A DNA stretch of 64,000 bases from an uncultured Candidatus Saccharibacteria bacterium. GTDB taxonomy: Bacteria; Patescibacteriota; Saccharimonadia; Saccharimonadales; AWTP1-31. The stretch lies in the NCBI GenBank assembly GCA_937903325.1, contig CALCZR010000059.1:232760-296759 (forward strand), written 5' to 3'. Each line of letters starts with the position of its first letter. Positions within the stretch are counted from its first letter, which is position 1. A program made the position numbers and the translations under genes. The notes under the pieces were generated by a model. The model saw only the letters and a list, made by a program, of their open reading frames with translations. It made no database searches and was not told the DNA's origin. Positions 52,755-61,832 of this stretch are shown piece after piece.

Positions 52755-54416
52755 ATGAAGATTAAAAACAAAATGACTCACACAAAAACACTAACCGGCA
52801 GAGTACTGGTGCTTGTGCTAGCAATGCTATTCGCTGGAGCAGGGCTGTATCACCTCCCACTGGTCCACGCAGATCCACCGGCAACAGTTGGTGCGCCTGC
52901 TCAAGAAATGTGCGAGGCAGGTGGTTCTACTAACGTCCGGTGGGATAACTTAAACCATGGTTCGCCAGTAGTTCGGCCAACTATATCGGCGCTAAGTATT
53001 AAAGCGAGCTCAAACGATCCTGAGGAAGTAATCACTGGCTTTGAAGATCCCGATGTTGGAGATATTGGTGCAACCATTTGTCCGAATGTGGCATTGGGAC
53101 GACGATCTGGCCTCAATATCTATACAAATACTGTTAACGGCGGAGACTCTGACCTGGCAAATGCTGAAACGCCAGCTGGTCACCCCATTACTGCTAACTC
53201 AGAAATCACTATCACCATTGATCGTGGGGACTTTGGCGCCCTGGCAGAGTTCTATAGTTTTTCACTTATTCATGGTCACGTAGTTGACTGGGTGACGGCA
53301 GATCTTGGCACGGAAGACGCTATGTTGAGTGTGACGCTTAATCCGGTACGTACGCCTTTCGGTGACAACAGTGAGGATTTTGGTGGTTGTACAGCTACCC
53401 CTCCTATGTGTGGTGCCCTAATATCAAGCGCAGATGCACTTAGTGCCTCGTTAGACATGACATTTACTACTTCAGGAGATGAAGGTCAGCCAAATGAGCA
53501 CTATGACATCAACGGACATTACAGTGAGATGCGCGGTTCGTTCTTTGCCGTAACTGGCGCCATGGGCGGCTGGGCACAAGCGGTTGGTCCTGGCGGTCAG
53601 CCTCGATCGGTACGTGCTACCTTGGGTGGTCCTCACTTGCTTGCCACTGCATCACAGCAGTCAATTAACGATCCAGAAAATGCTGCACCGGAAGATCTCA
53701 ATACCGGAAGTCTGCAAGCATTCATGCCTGATGACGTAATCGAAAGTGTGTTTGAAACAACTGCCGATCAGCTAACCGCTGAATCGCTCAGTGTCATTAA
53801 GTCTGAAACGGGCGCAGATGACGAATCATCCGAATTCGGTTTTGCCCAAGTGGATGGCGGCATCATGATTACTGTTGACGGGTTCCACTTCTCTTCACCA
53901 GCATTCAACATCGGCCTTGCTGGCTTCAATAATGGTGGCGATGGAGACGGTGAAGGTGGTGGAGATAGTGACACTTCCAGACTGATTAATTTAGAAGGCG
54001 GCGCCAAGGCCAGTCTAGAAACACCAGACGGTACGGTTATTACCAGCTTTGGTGCTTCGAAAGAATCAGCTCTAGCCGACCAAGACGCTGGCTATTCATA
54101 CCCACTTGGTCTCGTTAACTTTAAGTTCAACGTACCCAATGGCTCAACACAGCGCGTTAACCTTGCATTCCTGACAGATCTCAAGCCAAATCAAGTCGTG
54201 CTACGAAAGTACAACCCTAACACTAAAGCTTACGCAAACGTCAGCTCAGCCACTATTACCGAAGACATGTTTGATGGCCAGCACGTGCTTAACATTAGCT
54301 ACGATATCACCGACAACGGCAATCTAGACCAAGACACCGTACTTGGCACCATCACTGACCCCGTCGGCCTCGGCGTCTTGGAAGTGGCCGCCCCAAACAC
54401 TGGTTTCCGCAGATAG
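52755..54416 (+). CDS. Secreted protein ending in APNTGFRR* (sorting motif without a hydrophobic anchor)
   Basis: Signal peptide VLVLVLAMLFAGAGLY. C-terminal domain YPLGLVNFKF...LTDLKPNQVVLRKYNPNTKAY...ITDNGNLDQDTVLGTITDPVGL is homologous to 2149-2430. APNTG at 54390-54404, followed only by FRR and a stop. Confidence 0.7.
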   Translation: MKIKNKMTHTKTLTGRVLVLVLAMLFAGAGLYHLPLVHADPPATVGAPAQEMCEAGGSTNVRWDNLNHGSPVVRPTISALSIKASSNDPEEVITGFEDPDVGDIGATICPNVALGRRSGLNIYTNTVNGGDSDLANAETPAGHPITANSEITITIDRGDFGALAEFYSFSLIHGHVVDWVTADLGTEDAMLSVTLNPVRTPFGDNSEDFGGCTATPPMCGALISSADALSASLDMTFTTSGDEGQPNEHYDINGHYSEMRGSFFAVTGAMGGWAQAVGPGGQPRSVRATLGGPHLLATASQQSINDPENAAPEDLNTGSLQAFMPDDVIESVFETTADQLTAESLSVIKSETGADDESSEFGFAQVDGGIMITVDGFHFSSPAFNIGLAGFNNGGDGDGEGGGDSDTSRLINLEGGAKASLETPDGTVITSFGASKESALADQDAGYSYPLGLVNFKFNVPNGSTQRVNLAFLTDLKPNQVVLRKYNPNTKAYANVSSATITEDMFDGQHVLNISYDITDNGNLDQDTVLGTITDPVGLGVLEVAAPNTGFRR

Positions 54417-54425
54417 TAGGTTTGG

Positions 54426-54431
54426 TACACT
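54426..54431 (+). promoter_or_regulatory. -10-like hexamer TACACT, 6 nt upstream of the ATG at 54438
   Basis: TACACT followed by GGTTGT and then ATG. Confidence 0.35.
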
Positions 54432-54437
54432 GGTTGT

Positions 54438-54860
54438 ATGGTTGAACTAAAGACTCAGAAGAACGATGCAGACGTACTCGATTTCATTCACTCCATTGAG
54501 GATGAAACTAAACAGCAGGATAGCCTAAAACTCCTAAAGATATTTGGTGAGGTAACAGGACATGAGCCCAAAATGTGGGGCACAGCCATCATTGGCTTCG
54601 ACCAATACCACTACAAATCAGAACGCAGTACTCAAGAAGGAGACTGGCCATTGGTTGCCTTCTCGCCCCGAAAAGCAGCACTGACGCTGTATTTAACAGA
54701 TGGTGGATTCGTTCTAGATGCGAACCTACTTGAAAAGCTTGGCAAGCATAAGCTAGGCAAGGGTTGTTTATACGTTAAGCGTTTGAGTGATGTCGACAAC
54801 AACGTTCTGAAGCAACTCATTACTGCCAGTTACCAAGCATCCAAAAAACAGCACGCTTAA
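54438..54860 (+). CDS. DUF1801 (YdhG-like) domain protein
   Basis: DVLDFIHSIEDETKQQDSLKLLKIF...EPKMWGTAIIGF...FSPRKAALTLYL fits my recollection of DUF1801. Confidence 0.6.
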   Translation: MVELKTQKNDADVLDFIHSIEDETKQQDSLKLLKIFGEVTGHEPKMWGTAIIGFDQYHYKSERSTQEGDWPLVAFSPRKAALTLYLTDGGFVLDANLLEKLGKHKLGKGCLYVKRLSDVDNNVLKQLITASYQASKKQHA

Positions 54861-54873
54861 TGATCTACACGCA

Positions 54874-56199
54874 CTAGTGTGGAATGTCTAAAATTACCGG
54901 ACCTTTTTGGTCGTATAGTTGGAAGTTTGTTTCTTTCAGTTTATTGTATTGGCCGTTCATAGGAATCGGGAAATTAACCTTGTTACTAATAAAGTCAGAT
55001 TGGCAATTCCAGTGTTCGTTTATACAGCTCTGATGCCAGGCGCTAATGACCGTAGGGTTCCAGCCCGCGATGTAATCAGCGTGGCGAGTAGTTCCTCCTG
55101 GTTTGTGGGCCATGGTGCTCATGTTGGTAATGTCCGAAGTCAGGAACCAGCCGTCGGTATTTTCGTTAGGAGCTAATTCCCATTGCATCAATGTTTCAAT
55201 CTCTGGCAAGACTTTGCTATAGCCAGGCTCGGTGCATGGGCCAAAAGTGCGATATGTTGGTGAGTAGTGTACATGTTCCACGAATGCACTGGAGGTCATG
55301 TCGATAGGCTGTCCATCCCAACAGCGTGGGAAGGTAAGCTTTAGGAATAATTTTCTGCCCGTTGAACCTTCACGCACTGGGATGATGGGGTCTGTGGGAG
55401 ACTGGAACATGTCAGCGCAGCCCCAGCCATCATTAAAGGTAACAGGAAAAGGCGTGGTGGCTTTTGGATTGTCAGCGAGCATCTTAAGACCCCCGGGGAC
55501 AGCCGAATAACCACCTGCCGGTGGGTCAATGGTTTCGGCTTTGTAGTACACATCCATTAGATTGGGTACACGAACTTTGTGGTTTGTATCGAGCATCGCA
55601 GGGAACCAATATGAACTTCGGTTAGCTTCAAAACCGCTACACGAGCTCCCACCACTATTTAGAATGGTATTGCCGTTGCTGTAAGCGTTGGTACCGGTGT
55701 TGCCATAGAACATATGTAGATGGGCAGCTCCGGGCTGGTTGGGGAATATGACAGGGTCATCTTTTGAAAAGTGCGAGAGCGTACACCAGGTTCGGAATTC
55801 ACCATCATCGAGTCTGGCACGCTGGCCAAAGCCACTCCCGCCAGTAGGGTCAAAATTCGGGTGGCCCACTTCTAAGTTCTTAGATAGATCTAGCTGAGCG
55901 GTTGGTACGTTTGCCTGCATGTTATACATAGGGTTGGAATTACGAAAGAGAACCTCCAATACATCGTTCTTCCCAAATTTGACAGCATACTTACCTGAGG
56001 CAGAGTCATTTTGAGTGACACGAGCCATTGTAGTATTGCCACTTTCAGCCTCTAAGGAAGCTGTGGATGTTGCTGCCTTAGAACTGACTATAATGAGAGC
56101 TCCCACGAGCGCAAACATACAGAAAAATAGAATGCGCTGTTCGGTAGAACTTTGCAAAATGTGCTTTAGCCAATGTGGTTTATGGTATCTGTGTTTCAT
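54874..56199 (-). CDS. Secreted DUF1996-like protein
   Basis: N-terminal anchor. DDPVIFPNQPGAAHLHMFYGNTG is the hallmark DUF1996-type motif (P-G-x-x-H-x-H-x-F-x-G-N). Confidence 0.6.
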   Translation of the reverse strand: MKHRYHKPHWLKHILQSSTEQRILFFCMFALVGALIIVSSKAATSTASLEAESGNTTMARVTQNDSASGKYAVKFGKNDVLEVLFRNSNPMYNMQANVPTAQLDLSKNLEVGHPNFDPTGGSGFGQRARLDDGEFRTWCTLSHFSKDDPVIFPNQPGAAHLHMFYGNTGTNAYSNGNTILNSGGSSCSGFEANRSSYWFPAMLDTNHKVRVPNLMDVYYKAETIDPPAGGYSAVPGGLKMLADNPKATTPFPVTFNDGWGCADMFQSPTDPIIPVREGSTGRKLFLKLTFPRCWDGQPIDMTSSAFVEHVHYSPTYRTFGPCTEPGYSKVLPEIETLMQWELAPNENTDGWFLTSDITNMSTMAHKPGGTTRHADYIAGWNPTVISAWHQSCINEHWNCQSDFISNKVNFPIPMNGQYNKLKETNFQLYDQKGPVILDIPH

Positions 56200-56348
56200 A
56201 ATGCGTTACTGCTTATAATACGTTGACGAGAATAGTTTGTATATCAAGGTATCTAATCACAATCCTGATACTAGATGATCCACTTCGTGCGACTTCAAGT
56301 TTCTATGTTAAAATAAGCATAGGTAGAAAATAAAACAGGAAATCCCGC

Positions 56349-57854
56349 ATGCAAAGCATCCTCAATCTCACCAAAACAAACAAACTAATCCTAGCCACCT
56401 TCGCTTTCTTGGCAGTGCTAGCTTTTGGTAGCGGACGGGCACACGCTGCTACTTTAACAGTATCTGGTGGTTGTACTCTTGACGAGGCAATTACTTCAGT
56501 TAACACCACAACTAGTGAGCCGGGCTGTAGCCCGAGTGGTGTATATGGATCGAGCGATACTATCAATATTCCTGCCGGGACGATTACGCTTAGCAGCGAT
56601 ATCGATATGATTACGGTGCCGGTGACAGTTCAAGGTGCTGGTATGAACCAGACTACTATAGATGGCAACGCCGGACAATACAGCGGATTATCTGCAGATA
56701 ATACCAATATAACTATTAAAGATCTCAAGATCACGGCCTATAGGACAGCGGCTATTTATGCGCAAAGGAGCAACGTTACACTCAATAATATTGAGGTCGA
56801 TGGGGCGGATGTCCAAGAGACTACAAGCGGTTCGCGTATGTATGGAATCTACATCAATAACTTCACCTCCGATACTCATACAGTAACAGCGGACTCTGTA
56901 TATATACACGGTATCCACGCTACAAGTACTAATGGTGAGGGAGGGCTATTCGTATATATGGTTTCTCAGTCAGGTGGTGGGACAACCAACGCTACCCTCA
57001 GCAATACAACATTAGATGATATATCGGCCTTTGATGGAACCCCAATGAATGGCTTCTCCATGGCGATTCTCGGTAGCAGGGGGACGGTTAACAGCACCAT
57101 TACTAATGCGACTATAAACGACATTACGTCTAATACGCTTGTCGCTCCATTTGCCAGTATCGCGTTTGCTGAAAGCGGTTCCGCTACGGTAACCACTAAT
57201 GTTTATAACGCTACCATTACAGGGCTCCGTGGACAGACGGGCAGTGGCGTGCCTGTAGCGGGCATAAAGTCGGCAGCCTTTTATTCTGCTACAGCTGGCT
57301 ATAACAGCGGCGATGTTGGGACGGCAACCGTTAACGTCGGTAATAGCTTGTTCGCAGACAATCTTAACGACGGAGTATCATCTAACTGCTCCACCGGAGA
57401 CATGACTTCAGTACTCGGTGGTTCTGGGTCTGGAGTCCCAACTATAACATCAGACGATTATAATATTTCTGACGATGCTACATGTACAAGCTTTACGGGG
57501 GCTCACGACCAACAAAACGTTAGCAATATCATTAGTACTCTTGGCCCGCTCCAAAACAATGGCGGCAACGTTCCTACTCGAGCATTGTTAGACGGCTCAC
57601 CAGCAATCTCAGCCGGCGGTACTGTTCTCGGCGTAACCACCGACGCTCGAGGTATCGCCCGCCCCGGCACCTGCCCATCCGTCGGAGCCTTCCAATTCGA
57701 AGGTGCTGTTTGTTCGGCTTCGACAACTAACGCAGGTGGAGCTAACGCTGGTGCACCCAACACTGGTATTGGTTCGGTGTCGATTCTAGCAACTGCCATT
57801 GTAGGTCTGTTAGGTCTTGCTGCGCTTGGGTATGCTTTTGCTAAGCGAGCCTAG
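56349..57854 (+). CDS. CSLREA-family beta-helix surface protein with APNTG sorting signal (paralog B2)
   Basis: Signal peptide. ATLTVSGGCTLDEAITSVN. Beta-helix repeats. TDARGIARPGTCPSVGAFQFE. APNTG at 57753-57767, followed by a hydrophobic stretch and AKRA. Confidence 0.8.
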   Translation: MQSILNLTKTNKLILATFAFLAVLAFGSGRAHAATLTVSGGCTLDEAITSVNTTTSEPGCSPSGVYGSSDTINIPAGTITLSSDIDMITVPVTVQGAGMNQTTIDGNAGQYSGLSADNTNITIKDLKITAYRTAAIYAQRSNVTLNNIEVDGADVQETTSGSRMYGIYINNFTSDTHTVTADSVYIHGIHATSTNGEGGLFVYMVSQSGGGTTNATLSNTTLDDISAFDGTPMNGFSMAILGSRGTVNSTITNATINDITSNTLVAPFASIAFAESGSATVTTNVYNATITGLRGQTGSGVPVAGIKSAAFYSATAGYNSGDVGTATVNVGNSLFADNLNDGVSSNCSTGDMTSVLGGSGSGVPTITSDDYNISDDATCTSFTGAHDQQNVSNIISTLGPLQNNGGNVPTRALLDGSPAISAGGTVLGVTTDARGIARPGTCPSVGAFQFEGAVCSASTTNAGGANAGAPNTGIGSVSILATAIVGLLGLAALGYAFAKRA

Positions 57855-57929
57855 TCGATTTGACAGAGAAGGCTAATATGTCGATAATTAATTACAGCTA
57901 AGCGTAAGTACGTTAAACAAAAAAACAAA

Positions 57930-59600
57930 ATGAAAACACACAAAATATTATTAGCTTTGTTGGTACTCATCGGAACCTTCTATCTTTTGGACGGTCGAGT
58001 TGAAGCAGCAACTATAACGGTCAACAGTACAGATGACACCGTTGTGTATGACGGAACATGCACCTTGCGTGAAGCCGTGATCGCCGCAGATACCGATACA
58101 AGTGCTGGTGCGGGCGAGTGTGCGGCAGGTAGTGGCAATGATGTCATTAACATACCGAACGGAATCTACACACTAACGTCTGATCTTGATCTTGGTGGAA
58201 CGAGCATTACTCTGAACGGTACCTGGCGTATGGGAACTCAAATTAAAGGTAATGGACAGTATGGGCTGCACTATGACGGTGGATCAGGGCTCCGTGATTT
58301 GACCCTCCAGCACCTAATGGTTACAGAGACGACAGGACTGCGCAGTACTGCAGCAGCAGCTGCCAACGTAATTATAGATGACACAGTCTGGACCGCTAAC
58401 TCAATCTCTACGTCAGAGGAGGGTGTTATAAATCTTGATGGCTATGGTGGAACTACGGACTTTATGCTGTCAAATTCGGCAATCTACGCCAATAACGGGG
58501 TTGAGGGGTGCGGCGTGCGAGCTAGGTTTATGGCGGTGGTTACAATTGCCAGTACACAGATATATGCCAATGAATGTAGCGATAGTAACTCAGATGATGC
58601 ATCCGTACTCTACTTACAAGGGCAAGAGGCCATCGGCCTTACCGAACTGGATGTGTACGAAAATGTGGTTAGCATTGCAGTTAGCATATCGAGCCCGGAT
58701 ATAGATATAGGTTACACCGATGTTTACGACAATATAGGCGGTGGTATATCGGCGAATGTAAACGGTGCGTTGGGTGCCTTTAGCTTACACCATTCGTCCG
58801 TGGTTAATAATAATGGTGACGTAGCGATGTTAATTGGCAACGATGGGGGTGGCTATGTAGTGAATGTCAGTAACTTTACTATTGCCGGTAACACTTCTTC
58901 GTATTCAGCATTCACCTTCTTTAGTGACGAAACCAATCCAATAAGCGGAACGGTTAAGAATGTCACCGTCGCCAACAATATACGCTCAGGTAACCTAGGT
59001 TTTTCTGTACCTGCTGCCATGACGGTTCTATCTCAAAGCCAGATTGCTCCGACCTTCACCTTAGAAAACGTATTGTTCGCACATAATCTTGACGAAACGA
59101 CGCCACGGAATTGTTCGACGCCAGCGGTTCCGATATTGTTCCAGCCTATCTCTATTGGTCATAATCTGAGTGATGACGATACCTGTGGTGATGCCTTTGA
59201 CCAATCGAGTGATATAAATAACGTCAACGCACATCTTGGCACGCTGACGCAGGACAATGCTACCTGGGTCGTTCCCTTACAGGCGAGTTCTCCAGCTAAC
59301 GATGGAGGAGCAACGGTCGCAGGAATGATTGATGACCAAAGGAGTACGGATCGTCCACAAAATGGAGCCTTTGATATTGGCGCATACGAAGTGCTCGGGG
59401 CATATACTCCTGACCCAGGCGTAGGTAATGGTTCAAACAATGGTTCGAATGCCGGTGCGGCTCAAACGCCAGTAGTCCCAGGCGTGCCAGACACTGGCTT
59501 CCAGTTACTCTTAAACAATCCCTATGTCGTAGTTGGGCTGACATCTGTGAGTGCCTGTGCGTTACTATGTATGTCTCGACGAGCCGGGCGTAACAACTAG
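57930..59600 (+). CDS. CSLREA-motif beta-helix surface protein with VPDTG sorting signal (paralog A3)
   Basis: DGTCTLREAVIAA...CAAGSGNDVINIPNGIYTL. DDQRSTDRPQNGAFDIGAYEV. VPDTG at 59484-59498, followed by a hydrophobic stretch and SRRAGRNN. Confidence 0.8.
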   Translation: MKTHKILLALLVLIGTFYLLDGRVEAATITVNSTDDTVVYDGTCTLREAVIAADTDTSAGAGECAAGSGNDVINIPNGIYTLTSDLDLGGTSITLNGTWRMGTQIKGNGQYGLHYDGGSGLRDLTLQHLMVTETTGLRSTAAAAANVIIDDTVWTANSISTSEEGVINLDGYGGTTDFMLSNSAIYANNGVEGCGVRARFMAVVTIASTQIYANECSDSNSDDASVLYLQGQEAIGLTELDVYENVVSIAVSISSPDIDIGYTDVYDNIGGGISANVNGALGAFSLHHSSVVNNNGDVAMLIGNDGGGYVVNVSNFTIAGNTSSYSAFTFFSDETNPISGTVKNVTVANNIRSGNLGFSVPAAMTVLSQSQIAPTFTLENVLFAHNLDETTPRNCSTPAVPILFQPISIGHNLSDDDTCGDAFDQSSDINNVNAHLGTLTQDNATWVVPLQASSPANDGGATVAGMIDDQRSTDRPQNGAFDIGAYEVLGAYTPDPGVGNGSNNGSNAGAAQTPVVPGVPDTGFQLLLNNPYVVVGLTSVSACALLCMSRRAGRNN

Positions 59601-59689
59601 TAGACCAGGTGCCTCTGGGTCTGACTATGGTTGGCACCTACACTAGGCTTTAGTATGGTTGTCTATGCGCTTCCGCAAGCGTTATGCGG

Positions 59690-59695
59690 TAAAAT
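59690..59695 (+). promoter_or_regulatory. -10-like hexamer TAAAAT, 6 nt upstream of the sortase ATG at 59702
   Basis: TAAAAT followed by AGGGTA and then ATG. Confidence 0.4.
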
Positions 59696-59701
59696 AGGGT
59701 A

Positions 59702-60403
59702 ATGGCCCTCAACCAGAAAAGTTCAAAGAACAAATCCAAAAAGTCCGTCGTCGGTCGTAAATGGCGCGCGCTTTCGCTTCGACAAAAAAGTCGGTTCATT
59801 GCCTTCGTTGTTGGCTTGCTCCTGATTAGTGTCGGTATAAACGCCATCCTCAAGTGGAACAAGATTCAGCACGGCGGTGTTCCGTCTGGGCATACCGTGG
59901 CCACAGTATCGACTGATCAGCCAAGTGAAGAGCTGCCATCTAAAAGCTATAGTGTGCCAGCGGATAAGCCGCTGTCTATCCAGCTTCCGTCCATTAAGGC
60001 AGAAGGCTTCATCCAGCAAGTCGGTGCAGACAAGAACAACCAAATGGTGGTGCCCGACAATGTCCATATGGCGGGTTGGTATACCGGCAGTGTGCTACCT
60101 GGCGCTGATGGGTTGAGCATTCTGGACGGTCATGTCCACGGCCTGTATGCCAAAGGCATCTTTTATAACGTTAGTAAACTCAAGACAGGCGACAGATTTA
60201 GTGTTACCTTTGGTGATAAAAGCGTCAAAAACTTCATGGTCAAGAAAGTTCAGACAACCACTGTTGAAGAGGCAGATACGGCTTTGTATGTGCGTGATAA
60301 TTCCATTGCGAAACAACTTAATCTCATAACCTGTGGCGGTAAGTATGACAAAGCTGCTAAAACATATGATGCTCGGGTGATAGTCGTTGCCGAAGCTATC
60401 TAG
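59702..60403 (+). CDS. Sortase (class E/F-like), paralog 2
   Basis: TM anchor. ILDGHVHG (His), LNLITCGG (Cys), DARVIVVA (Arg). Roughly half the residues are identical to 50753-51403 by eye. Confidence 0.85.
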   Translation: MALNQKSSKNKSKKSVVGRKWRALSLRQKSRFIAFVVGLLLISVGINAILKWNKIQHGGVPSGHTVATVSTDQPSEELPSKSYSVPADKPLSIQLPSIKAEGFIQQVGADKNNQMVVPDNVHMAGWYTGSVLPGADGLSILDGHVHGLYAKGIFYNVSKLKTGDRFSVTFGDKSVKNFMVKKVQTTTVEEADTALYVRDNSIAKQLNLITCGGKYDKAAKTYDARVIVVAEAI

Positions 60404-60470
60404 TTGCTACTGGCGTGAAACATCGGTATAATTACGGTTAAGGTTATTTATTCTTAACAAGAGGCGATGT

Positions 60471-61640
60471 ATGAGGGTAAAACAAAAATATTTGTTTGCA
60501 GGTTTTGGATTGTTGATCGGGTTATTAAGCTTTGCATCACTCGGAAGCCAGGCATTTGCTGCGCCTGCGACATTCACGGTTACAACCGTTGCCGACACTG
60601 GCGTAGGTTCTCTAAGGGCAGCAATAGAGTCCGCGAATGGTAATAGTAACGCATCCGACATGGATGTTATTACCTTCAATATTGCTGGAAGTGGGGTACA
60701 CACCATTAATCTTGTAACTGAACTGCCAGATATTACCCAAAAAGTGACCATCAACGGCTACTCGCAAACTGGTGCATCCGCAAATACGACAATTAGTCCG
60801 GCGCCAATGGATTCTGTCATTAAGATCGAGATCAACGCTAACGCCCTTAGCGGTCATCCACGAGGACTGAACTTCGAAAGTGGTGCTGCGCAGTCGGTTG
60901 TTCGAGGGCTTTCGGTGTACGGTGCAGAAACCAATATCTCGGTTCAGGCCAGCAACGTAGAAGTAAAGGGCAACTATATTAGTGTGGACGCATCTGGCCT
61001 TGCTATACCTAATGGTAGTAATGATAATGACACCAATAACGCCAGAGGGATCCAATTCCACACTAGCGGATCAGGACTAGCTATTGGTGGCGTTAATCCT
61101 GCAGACAGAAATATTATTACTAATAAACACGAGACTAATGTCGGGGCAATTGTCGTAGATCGTAATGACGCACTCATCTATGGCAATTACATTGGAATTG
61201 GTCGAGACGGAGTATCTGACCTTGGCGGGACACAGGGAATAAGCAGTGTTATTTCCGGCGGCGGATTGATTGTCGGCGGTACAAGCACAGGCATGCGAAA
61301 CGTAATATCTGGATCCAGCATAACTCAGGTGAATCTTGTTGGCGCGAAAGCGAAAGTCCAGAACAATCTTATAGGCACCGATTACACGGGTGCTGTAAGT
61401 AGTGGCATCACTAGTGGCGCAGGCATTAGTATTCCCGGCAGTACCGAGTCACTCATTGGCGGCATTGGAGCAAACGAAGGGAACGTTATTAAAGGAGTGA
61501 GTGGTGCGGGCGTGGCATCAGTTGACCTCGACTTCACGATTACGTGGCGCCGCCTGCGTGATAAGATCTTCCATGAGGTGATGGCTGGCATGTGCGATTT
61601 CTTCAATTGCACGATTGAAGGCCTCTTCGTTTACTGCTGA
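60471..61640 (+). CDS. CSLREA-related beta-helix protein, 3'-truncated (no choice-of-anchor-Q end, no sorting signal)
   Basis: Signal peptide. TFTVTTVADTGVGSLRAAIESANGN...ITFNIAGSGVHTINL. The family-like sequence stops near 61515. The last roughly 40 codons are simply the antisense of the convergent DUF2277 gene. Confidence 0.55.
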   Translation: MRVKQKYLFAGFGLLIGLLSFASLGSQAFAAPATFTVTTVADTGVGSLRAAIESANGNSNASDMDVITFNIAGSGVHTINLVTELPDITQKVTINGYSQTGASANTTISPAPMDSVIKIEINANALSGHPRGLNFESGAAQSVVRGLSVYGAETNISVQASNVEVKGNYISVDASGLAIPNGSNDNDTNNARGIQFHTSGSGLAIGGVNPADRNIITNKHETNVGAIVVDRNDALIYGNYIGIGRDGVSDLGGTQGISSVISGGGLIVGGTSTGMRNVISGSSITQVNLVGAKAKVQNNLIGTDYTGAVSSGITSGAGISIPGSTESLIGGIGANEGNVIKGVSGAGVASVDLDFTITWRRLRDKIFHEVMAGMCDFFNCTIEGLFVYC

Positions 61641-61751
61641 GGGTTTTTGAAAGCCTGAAATCTTTCGTACAAACTGCAATGCTGCAGCATGCACCTCATC
61701 GTTCGTGGCATGGGGTTTAAAGTTATAGAGTTGTTTGATGTTTCTACACAT
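61518..61751 (-). CDS. DUF2277 family protein
   Basis: MCRNIKQLYNFKPHATNDEVHAAALQFVRKISGFQKPS matches the highly conserved DUF2277 N-terminus (MCRNI..L.N..P.AT..E...AALQ[FY]VRK.SG). Confidence 0.8.
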   Translation of the reverse strand: MCRNIKQLYNFKPHATNDEVHAAALQFVRKISGFQKPSAVNEEAFNRAIEEIAHASHHLMEDLITQAAPRNREVEVN

Positions 61752-61832
61752 ACCCTTATGGTGGCAAACTAATGGTGCTGCGACTGTATAATTTGATATG
61801 CTTTATTCATAATGGACAGGCAAAAATAAACA

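Noticed and set aside
35935-61640. The surface-protein island as a mobile element or genomic island
   Set aside because: There is no integrase, transposase, tRNA target, flanking direct repeats or conjugation genes. The broken genes at both edges are better explained by local deletion and recombination among paralogs.
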